64,000 nucleotides of DNA from Lingula anatina (Eukaryota; Animalia; Brachiopoda), in NCBI GenBank assembly GCA_051362555.1, contig CM120640.1, positions 29,469,967 through 29,533,966 of the forward strand, in the 5' to 3' direction. The notes under the pieces are model-generated. The model had not been told where the DNA came from, made no database searches, and worked only from the letters and a program-made list of their open reading frames with translations. Below are positions 53,101 to 64,000 of this stretch, piece by piece (position 1 is the first letter of the stretch; every line of letters starts with the position of its first letter). The translations under genes were made by a program, and so were the position numbers.

Positions 53101-56100
53101 TCCTTTAAGTTATATTGTTCTTCTTTCAGAGTACCCTCACCATGAAAAAGCTGTAAAAGCAGGCAGTGAAAGATACCACCAAGAGCAGCACTGGAGAATG
53201 TGTACAATACATGATATTTGGCAAGATTTAGGGCCTTGTTGAGTATTGTGATAACAACAACCCCTTCCAGAAAGGAGTAATCTGCATCTTGCAGAGGTAG
53301 TAAGGAGAACTCTTGTATGGGTATATATTGTTTTCCAGATGACAGTTATAGGTAATTTGCAACCTCTTACACAAACAACCTCAAATCATCACATTTGCTG
53401 TTTACTTTCAGAGTAAATAATACATTGCAATATTGAAATATTTGTTTTGGTTAATTCTCACTCTTCTGATGATCAATTTCCTATACATTTCACACCTAAA
53501 AAAAGACTCAGATAACTGATAAGCTTATCACAGATTTCTATTGTTATCAAGCATCATTTGTTCAAATTTCAGAAATATAGGACAAGATTTGACAAAATTA
53601 TTAACGTTTAACTATTTTAAGGCCTGGGATATGCCAGGCTTTTCAATGTAATTTTCAGTTTTCCCAACTATGTTGTCCCAAAAAACACTTTTCATTAGAC
53701 ACAGACAACTGATCAGCTTATCACAGATTTTTATTGTTGTTAAACATCATTTGTACAAATTTCAGAAATATTGGACCAGATTAGACAAAATTATTAATGT
53801 TTAACTATTTCAAGTCCTGCAAATTCATAGTGTTTTCAATGTAATTTTCAGTTTTCCCAAATATGTTGTCCCAAAAAACACTTTTCATTAGACACAGACA
53901 ACTGATCAGCTTATCACAGATTTTTATTGTTGTTAAGCATCATTTGTACAAATTTCATAAATATTGGACTAGATTTGACATAATTATTACCGTTTAACTA
54001 TTTTAAGGCCTGGGATTGGCCAGTCTTTTCAAATGTAATTTTCAGTCTTTTCAGTTATATTGTTCTTGTTTCAGAGTACCCTCACCATGAAAAAGCTGAA
54101 AAAGCAGGCAGTGAAAGATACCACCAAGAGCAGCACTGTGTCTTCTCCATGAGTACAATACATGATATTTGGCAAGATTTAGGGCCTTGTTGAGTATTGT
54201 GATAACAACAACCCCTTCCAGAAAGGAGTAATCTGCATCTTGCAGAGGTAGTAAGGAGAACTCTTGTATGGGTATATATTGTTTTCCAGATGACAGTTAT
54301 AGGTAATTTGCAACCTCTTACACAAACAACCTCAAATCATCACATTTGCTGTTTACTTTAAGAGTAAATAATACATTGCAATATTGAAATATTTGTTTTG
54401 TTTAATTCTCACTCTTCTGATAATCAATTTCCTATACATTTGACACCTAAAAAAAAGACTCAGATAACTGATAAGCTTATCACAGATTTCTATTGTTATT
54501 AAGCATCATTTGTACAAATTTCAGAAATATTGGACAAGATTTGATAAAATTATTAACGTTTAACTATTTTAAGGCCTGGGATATGCCAGGCTTTTCAATG
54601 TAATTTTCAGTTTTCCCAACTATGTTGTCCCAAAAAACACTTTTCATTAAAAACAGACAACTGATCAGCTTATCACAGATTTTTATTGTTGTTAAGCATC
54701 ATTTGTACAAATTTCAGAAATATTGGACTAGATTAGACAAAATTATTAATGTTTAATTATTTCAAGTCCTGCAAATTCCCTGTCTTTTCAATGTAATTTT
54801 CAGTTTTCCCAAATATGTTGTCCCAAAAAACACTTTTCATTAGACACAGACATATGCTCAGCTTATCACAGATTTTTATTGTTGTTAAGCATCATTTGTA
54901 CAAATTTCATAAATATTGGACTAGATTTGACAAAATTATTACCGTTTAACTAATCAAGTCCTGCGAATTCCCAGTCTTTTCAATGTAATTTTTAGTTTTC
55001 GCAAATATATTGTCCTAAAAAACACTTTTCATTCAATACAGACAACTGATCAGCTTATCACAGATTTTTATTGTTGATAAGCATCATTTGTACAAATTTC
55101 ATAAATATTGGACTAGATTTGACAAAATTATTAACGTTTAACTATTTTAATTAAGTCACCAAATTTGTCATTCTTTTCAAATGTAATTTTCAGTCTTTTC
55201 AGTTATATTGTTCTTGTTTCAGAGTACCCTCACCATGAAAAAGCTGAAAAAGCAGGCAGTGAAAGATACCACCAAGAGCAGCACTGTGTCTTCTCCATGT
55301 GTACAATACATGATATTTGGCAAGATTTACTTGTTGAGTATTGTGATAACAACAACCCCTTCCAGAAAGGAGTAATCTGCATCTTGTAGAGGTAGTAAGG
55401 AGAACTCTTGTATGGGTATATGTTGTTTTCCAGATGACAGTTATAGGTAATTTGCAACCTCTTATGCAAACAACCTCAAATCATCACATTTGCTGTTTAC
55501 TTTCAGAGTAAATAATACATTGCAATATTGAAATATATGTTTTGGTTAATTCTCACTCTTCTGATAATCAATTTCCTATACATTTCACACCTAAAAAAAG
55601 ACTCAGATAACTGATAAGCTTATCACAGATTTCTATTGTTATTAAGCATCATTTGTTCAAATTTCAGAAATATAGGACAAGATTTGACAAAATTATTAAC
55701 GTTTAACTATTTTAAGGCCTGGGATATGCCAGGCTTTTCAATGTAATTTTCAGTTTTCCCAACTATGTTGTCCCAAAAAACACTTTTCATTAGACACAGA
55801 CAACTGATCAGCTTATCACAGATTTTTATTGTTGTTAAGCATCATTTGTACAAATTTCAGAAATATTGGACTAGATTTGACATAATTATTACCGTTTAAC
55901 TATTTTAAGGCCTGGGATTGGCCAGTCTTTTCAAATGTAATTTTCAGTCTTTTCAGTTATATTGTTCTTGTTTCAGAGTACCCTCACCATGAAAAAGCTG
56001 AAAAAGCAGGCAGTGAAAGATACCACCAAGAGCAGCACTGTGTCTTCTCCATGTGTACAATACATGATATTTGGCAAGATTTAGGGCCTTGTTGAGTATT

Positions 56101-59100
56101 GTGATAACAACAACCCCTTCCAGAAAGGAGTAATCTGCATCTTGCAGAGGTAGTAAGGAGAACTCTTGTATGGGTATATATTGTTTTCCAGATGACAGTT
56201 ATAGGTAATTTGCAACCTCTTACACAAACAACCTCAAATCATCACATTTGCTGTTTACTTTAAGAGTAAATAATACATTGCAATATTGAAATATTTGTTT
56301 TGTTTAATTCTCACTCTTCTGATAATCAATTTCCTATACATTTGACACCTAAAAAAAAGACTCAGATAACTGATAAGCTTATCACAGATTTCTATTGTTA
56401 TTAAGCATCATTTGTACAAATTTCAGAAATATTGGACAAGATTTGATAAAATTATTAACGTTTAACTATTTTAAGGCCTGAGATATGCCAGGCTTTTCAA
56501 TGTAATTTTCAGTTTTCCCAACCATGTTGTCCCAAAAAACACTTTTCATTAAAAACAGACAACTGATCAGCTTATCACAGATTTTTATTGTTGTTAAGCA
56601 TCATTTGTACAAATTTCAGAAATATTGGACTAGATTAGACAAAATTATTAATGTTTAACTATTTCAAGTCCTGCAAATTCCCTGTCTTTTCAATGTAATT
56701 TTCAGTTTTCCCAAATATGTTGTCCCAAAAAACACTTTTCATTAGACACAGACATATGCTCAGCTTATCACAGATTTTTATTGTTGTTAAGCATCATTTG
56801 TACAAATTTCATAAATATTGGACTAGATTTGACAAAATTATTACCGTTTAACTAATCAAGTCCTGCGAATTCCCAGTCTTTTCAATGTAATTTTTAGTTT
56901 TCGCAAATATATTGTCCTAAAAAACACTTTTCATTCAATACAGACAACTGATCAGCTTATCACAGATTTTTATTGTTGTTAAGCATCATTTGTACAAATT
57001 TCATAAATATTGGACTAGATTTGACAAAATTATTAACGTTTAACTATTTTAATTAAGTCACCAAATTTGTCATTCTTTTCAAATGTAATTTTCAGTCTTT
57101 TCAGTTATATTGTTCTTGTTTCAGAGTACCCTCACCATGAAAAAGCTGAAAAAGCAGGCAGTGAAAGATACCACCAAGAGCAGCACTGTGTCTTCTCCAT
57201 GTGTACAATACATGATATTTGGCAAGATTTACTTGTTGAGTATTGTGATAACAACAACCCCTTCCAGAAAGGAGTAATCTGCATCTTGTAGAGGTAGTAA
57301 GGAGAACTCTTGTATGGGTATATGTTGTTTTCCAGATGACAGTTATAGGTAATTTGCAACCTCTTATGCAAACAACCTCAAATCATCACATTTGCTGTTT
57401 ACTTTCAGAGTAAATAATACATTGCAATATTGAAATATATGTTTTGGTTAATTCTCACTCTTCTGATAATCAATTTCCTATACATTTCACACCTAAAAAA
57501 AGACTCAGATAACTGATAAGCTTATCACAGATTTCTATTGTTATTAAGCATCATTTGTTCAAATTTCAGAAATATAGGACAAGATTTGACAAAATTATTA
57601 ACGTTTAACTATTTTAAGGCCTGGGATATGCCAGGCTTTTCAATGTAATTTTCAGTTTTCCCAACTATGTTGTCCCAAAAAACACTTTTCATTAGACACA
57701 GACAACTGATCAGCTTATCACAGATTTTTATTGTTGTTAAACATCATTTGTACAAATTTCAGAAATATTGGACCAGATTAGACAAAATTATTAATGTTTA
57801 ACTATTTCAAGTCCTGCAAATTCATAGTGTTTTCAATGTAATTTTCAGTTTTCCCAAATATGTTGTCCCAAAAAACACTTTTCATTAGACACAGACAACT
57901 GCTCAGCTTATCACAGATTTTTATTGTTGTTAAGCATCATTTGTACAAATTTCATAAATATTGGACTAGATTTGACATAATTATTACCGTTTAACTATTT
58001 TAAGGCCTGGGATTGGCCAGTCTTTTCAAATGTAATTTTCAGTCTTTTCAGTTATATTGTTCTTGTTTCAGAGTACCCTCACCATGAAAAAGCTGAAAAA
58101 GCAGGCAGTGAAAGATACCACCAAGAGCAGCACTGTGTCTTCTCCATGTGTACAATACATGATATTTGGCAAGATTTAGGGCCTTGTTGAGTATTGTGAT
58201 AACAACAACCCCTTCCAGAAAGGAGTAATCTGCATCTTGCAGAGGTAGTAAGGAGAACTCTTGTATGGGTATATATTGTTTTCCAGATGACAGTTATAGG
58301 TAATTTGCAACCTCTTACACAAACAACCTCAAATCATCACATTTGCTGTTTACTTTAAGAGTAAATAATACATTGCAATATTGAAATATTTGTTTTGTTT
58401 AATTCTCACTCTTCTGATAATCAATTTCCTATACATTTGACACCTAAAAAAAAGACTCAGATAACTGATAAGCTTATCACAGATTTCTATTGTTATTAAG
58501 CATCATTTGTACAAATTTCAGAAATATTGGACAAGATTTGATAAAATTATTAACGTTTAACTATTTTAAGGCCTGGGATATGCCAGGCTTTTCAATGTAA
58601 TTTTCAGTTTTCCCAACTATGTTGTCCCAAAAAACACTTTTCATTAAAAACAGACAACTGATCAGCTTATCACAGATTTTTATTGTTGTTAAGCATCATT
58701 TGTACAAATTTCAGAAATATTGGACTAGATTAGACAAAATTATTAATGTTTAATTATTTCAAGTCCTGCAAATTCCCTGTCTTTTCAATGTAATTTTCAG
58801 TTTTCCCAAATATGTTGTCCCAAAAAACACTTTTCATTAGACACAGACATATGCTCAGCTTATCACAGATTTTTATTGTTGTTAAGCATCATTTGTACAA
58901 ATTTCATAAATATTGGACTAGATTTGACAAAATTATTACCGTTTAACTAATCAAGTCCTGCGAATTCCCAGTCTTTTCAATGTAATTTTTAGTTTTCGCA
59001 AATATATTGTCCTAAAAAACACTTTTCATTCAATACAGACAACTGATCAGCTTATCACAGATTTTTATTGTTGATAAGCATCATTTGTACAAATTTCATA

Positions 59101-62100
59101 AATATTGGACTAGATTTGACAAAATTATTAACGTTTAACTATTTTAATTAAGTCACCAAATTTGTCATTCTTTTCAAATGTAATTTTCAGTCTTTTCAGT
59201 TATATTGTTCTTGTTTCAGAGTACCCTCACCATGAAAAAGCTGAAAAAGCAGGCAGTGAAAGATACCACCAAGAGCAGCACTGTGTCTTCTCCATGTGTA
59301 CAATACATGATATTTGGCAAGATTTACTTGTTGAGTATTGTGATAACAACAACCCCTTCCAGAAAGAAGTAATCTGCATCTTGTAGAGGTAGTAAGGAGA
59401 ACTCTTGTATGGGTATATGTTGTTTTCCAGATGACAGTTATAGGTAATTTGCAACCTCTTACACAAACAACCTCAAATCATCACATTTGCTGTTTACTTT
59501 AAGAGTAAATAATACATTGCAATATTGAAATATTTGTTTTGTTTAATTCTCACTCTTCTGATAATCAATTTCCTATACATTTGACACCTAAAAAAAAGAC
59601 TCAGATAACTGATAAGCTTATCACAGATTTCTATTGTTATTAAGCATCATTTGTACAAATTTCAGAAATATTGGACAAGATTTGATAAAATTATTAACGT
59701 TTAACTATTTTAAGGCCTGGGATATGCCAGGCTTTTCAATGTAATTTTCAGTTTTCCCAACTATGTTGTCCCAAAAAACACTTTTCATTAAAAACAGACA
59801 ACTGATCAGCTTATCACAGATTTTTATTGTTGTTAAGCATCATTTGTACAAATTTCAGAAATATTGGACTAGATTAGACAAAATTATTAATGTTTAATTA
59901 TTTCAAGTCCTGCAAATTCCCTGTCTTTTCAATGTAATTTTCAGTTTTCCCAAATATGTTGTCCCAAAAAACACTTTTCATTAGACACAGACATATGCTC
60001 AGCTTATCACAGATTTTTGTTGTTGTTAAGCATCATTTGTACAAATTTCATAAATATTGGACTAGATTTGACAAAATTATTACCGTTTAACTAATCAAGT
60101 CCTGCGAATTCCCAGTCTTTTCAATGTAATTTTTAGTTTTCGCAAATATATTGTCCTAAAAAACACTTTTCATTCAATACAGACAACTGATCAGCTTATC
60201 ACAGATTTTTATTGTTGATAAGCATCATTTGTACAAATTTCATAAATATTGGACTAGATTTGACAAAATTATTAACGTTTAACTATTTTAATTAAGTCAC
60301 CAAATTTGTCATTCTTTTCAAATGTAATTTTCAGTCTTTTCAGTTATATTTTTCTTGTTTCAGAGTACCCTCACCATGAAAAAGCTGAAAAAGCAGGCAG
60401 TGAAAGATACCACCAAGAGCAGCACTGTGTCTTCTCCATGTGTACAATACATGATATTTGGCAAGATTTACTTGTTGAGTATTGTGATAACAACAACCCC
60501 TTCCAGAAAGGAGTAATCTGCATCTTGTAGAGGTAGTAAGGAGAACTCTTGTATGGGTATATGTTGTTTTCCAGATGACAGTTATAGGTAATTTGCAACC
60601 TCTTATGCAAACAACCTCAAATCATCACATTTGCTGTTTACTTTCAGAGTAAATAATACATTTCAATATTGAAATATATGTTTTGGTTAATTCTCACTCT
60701 TCTGATAATCAATTTCCTATACATTTCACACCTAAAAAAAGACTCAGATAACTGATAAGCTTATCACAGATTTCTATTGTTATTAAGCATCATTTGTTCA
60801 AATTTCAGAAATATAGGACAAGATTTGACAAAATTATTAACGTTTAACTATTTTAAGGCCTGGGATATGCCAGGCTTTTCAATGTAATTTTCAGTTTTCC
60901 CAACTATGTTGTCCCAAAAAACACTTTTCATTAGACACAGACAACTGATCAGCTTATCACAGATTTTTATTGTTGTTAAACATCATTTGTACAAATTTCA
61001 GAAATATTGGACCAGATTAGACAAAATTATTAATGTTTAACTATTTCAAGTCCTGCAAATTCATAGTGTTTTCAATGTAATTTTCAGTTTTCCCAAATAT
61101 GTTGTCCCAAAAAACACTTTTCATTAGACACAGACAACTGCTCAGCTTATCACAGATTTTTATTGTTGTTAAGCATCATTTGTACAAATTTCATAAATAT
61201 TGGACTAGATTTGACAAAATTATTAACGTTTAACTAATCAAGTCCTGCGAATTCCCAGTCTTTTCAATGTAATTTTTAGTTTTCGCAAATATATTGTCCT
61301 AAAAAACACTTTTCATTCAATACAGACAACTGATCAGCTTATCACAGATTTTTATTGTTGATAAGCATCATTTGTACAAATTTCATAAATATTGGACTAG
61401 ATTTGACAAAATTATTAACGTTTAACTATTTTAATTAAGTCACCAAATTTGTCATTCTTTTCAAATGTAATTTTCAGTCTTTTCAGTTATATTGTTCTTG
61501 TTTCAGAGTACCCTCACCATGAAAAAGCTGAAAAAGCAGGCAGTGAAAGATACCACCAAGAGCAGCACTGTGTCTTCTCCATGTGTACAATACATGATAT
61601 TTGGCAAGATTTACTTGTTGAGTATTGTGATAACAACAACCCCTTCCAGAAAGGAGTAATCTGCATCTTGTAGAGGTAGTAAGGAGAACTCTTGTATGGG
61701 TATATGTTGTTTTCCAGATGACAGTTATAGGTAATTTGCAACCTCTTATGCAAACAACCTCAAATCATCACATTTGCTGTTTACTTTCAGAGTAAATAAT
61801 ACATTGCAATATTGAAATATATGTTTTGGTTAATTCTCACTCTTCTGATAATCAATTTCCTATACATTTCACACCTAAAAAAGACTCAGATAACTGATAA
61901 GCTTATCACAGATTTCTATTGTTATTAAGCATCATTTGTTCAAATTTCAGAAATATAGGACAAGATTTGACAAAATTATTAACGTTTAACTATTTTAAGG
62001 CCTGGGATATGCCAGGCTTTTCAATGTAATTTTCAGTTTTCCCAACTATGTTGTCCCAAAAAACACTTTTCATTAGACACAGACAACTGATCAGCTTATC

Positions 62101-64000
62101 ACAGATTTTTATTGTTGTTAAACATCATTTGTACAAATTTCAGAAATATTGGACCAGATTAGACAAAATTATTAATGTTTAACTATTTCAAGTCCTGCAA
62201 ATTCATAGTGTTTTCAATGTAATTTTCAGTTTTCCCAAATATGTTGTCCCAAAAAACACTTTTCATTAGACACAGACAACTGATCAGCTTATCACAGATT
62301 TTTATTGTTGTTAAGCATCATTTGTACAAATTTCATAAATATTGGACTAGATTTGACATAATTATTACCGTTTAACTATTTTAAGGCCTGGGATTGGCCA
62401 GTCTTTTCAAATGTAATTTTCAGTCTTTTCCGTTATATTGTTCTTCTTTCAGAGTACCCTCACCATGAAAAAGCTGAAAAAGCAGGCAGTGAAAGATACC
62501 ACCAAGAGCAGCACTGTGTCTTCTCCATGTGTACAATACATGATATTTGGCAAGATTTACTTGTTGAGTATTGTGATAACAACAACCCCTTCCAGAAAGG
62601 AGTAATCTGCATCTTGCAGAGGTAGTAAGGAGAACTCTTGTATGGGTATATATTGTTTTCCAGATGACAGTTATAGGTAATTTGCAACCTCTTACACAAA
62701 CAACCTCAAATCATCACATTTGCTGTTTACTTTCAGAGTAAATAATACATTGCAATATTGAAATATTTGTTTTGTTTAATTCTCACTCTTCTGATAATCA
62801 ATTTCCTATACATTTGACACCTAAAAAAAAGACTCAGATAACTGATAAGCTTATCACAGATTTCTATTGTTATTAAGCATCATTTGTACAAATTTCAGAA
62901 ATATTGGACAAGATTTGACATAATTATTACCGTTTAACTATTTTAAGGCCTGGGATTGGCCAGTCTTTTCAAATGTAATTTTCAGTCTTTTCAGTTATAT
63001 TGTTCTTGTTTCAGAGTACCCTCACCATGAAAAAGCTGAAAAAGCAGGCAGTGAAAGATACCACCAAGAGCAGCACTGTGTCTTCTCCATGTGTACAATA
63101 CATGATATTTGGCAAGATTTAGGGCCTTGTTGAGTATTGTGATAACAACAACCCCTTCCAGAAAGGAGCAATCTGCATCTTGCAGAGGTAGTAAGGAGAA
63201 CTCTTGTATGGGTATATATTGTTTTCCAGATGACAGTTATAGGTAATTTGCAACCTCTTACACAAACAACCTCAAATCATCACATTTGCTGTTTACTTTA
63301 AGAGTAAATAATACATTGCAATATTGAAATATTTGTTTTGTTTAATTCTCACTCTTCTGATAATCAATTTCCTATACATTTGACACCTAAAAAAAAGACT
63401 CAGATAACTGATAAGCTTATCACAGATTTCTATTGTTATTAAGCATCATTTGTACAAATTTCAGAAATATTGGACAAGATTTGATAAAATTATTAACGTT
63501 TAACTATTTTAAGGCCTGGGATATGCCAGGCTTTTCAATGTAATTTTCAGTTTTCCCAACTATGTTGTCCCAAAAAACACTTTTCATTAAAAACAGACAA
63601 CTGATCAGCTTATCACAGATTTTTATTGTTGTTAAGCATCATTTGTACAAATTTCAGAAATATTGGACTAGATTAGACAAAATTATTAATGTTTAACTAT
63701 TTCAAGTCCTGCAAATTCCCTGTCTTTTCAATGTAATTTTCAGTTTTCCCAAATATGTTGTCCCAAAAAACACTTTTCATTAGACACAGACATATGCTCA
63801 GCTTATCACAGATTTTTATTGTTGTTAAGCATCATTTGTACAAATTTCATAAATATTGGACTAGATTTGACAAAATTATTACCGTTTAACTAATCAAGTC
63901 CTGCGAATTCCCAGTCTTTTCAATGTAATTTTTAGTTTTCGCAAATATATTGTCCTAAAAAACACTTTTCATTCAATACAGACAACTGATCAGCTTATCA
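29164..64000 (+). repeat. Composite satellite array: ~192-193 bp monomers interspersed with 29 complete copies of a ~370-390 bp spacer; runs off the window end
   Basis: Monomer marker ACTG(A/C)TCAGCTTATCACAG at ~29237, 29429, 29622, 29815. Spacer marker GAGTACCCTCACCATG at ~29991, 31136, 32090, 33241, 34389, 36118, 37068, 37826, 39937, 41474, 42425, 43569, 44516, 45664, 46807, 47753, 48897, 51014, 53129, 54074, 55222, 55976, 57124, 58070, 59219, 60363, 61506, 62452, 63014. All head-to-tail. Confidence 0.97.

Noticed and set aside
29934-62699. Recurrent 74-106 aa ORFs on both strands (EYPHHEKAEKAG.. / MHKRLQITYNC..)
   Set aside because: They are translations of the satellite spacer, are shortened by the 4-bp indel in long-allele copies, often begin at non-ATG codons, and show no recognisable domain.
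29164-64000. CRISPR-like repeat/spacer array
   Set aside because: Units are ~190 bp, the spacers are near-identical rather than unique, the context is eukaryotic, and there are no cas genes.
29164-64000. CENP-B box or telomeric repeats in the array
   Set aside because: No TTCGnnnnAnnCGGG motif or (TTAGGG)n tract seen; CpG is scarce.

Overview
AT-rich eukaryotic (animal) genomic DNA, probably from a marine invertebrate; this is inferred from the transposon repertoire and GT-AG introns. The left ~29 kb is transposon-dense. It holds five spliced minus-strand exons of an AGC-like protein kinase whose catalytic HRD motif reads HFY (predicted pseudokinase; N-lobe exons not found). It also holds many non-autonomous elements: hAT-, PIF/Harbinger-, Kolobok-, Academ-, P- and Merlin/MULE-like MITEs, Helentron-type HINEs (one apparently nested in another), a Gypsy LTR/PBS/gag remnant, and a Penelope-like inverted repeat with a hammerhead ribozyme core. 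From 29164 to the window end (~35 kb) runs a composite satellite: ~192-193 bp monomers interrupted by 29 complete copies of a ~370-390 bp spacer at quantised intervals (~370 + n x 193 bp, n = 1,2,3,4,6,7,9). Monomer variants are position-specific and the spacer has two alleles. A short diverged copy of the same monomer+spacer unit lies 15 kb upstream (13.8-14.6 kb). Coordinates and counts were read by eye; no database searches were run.
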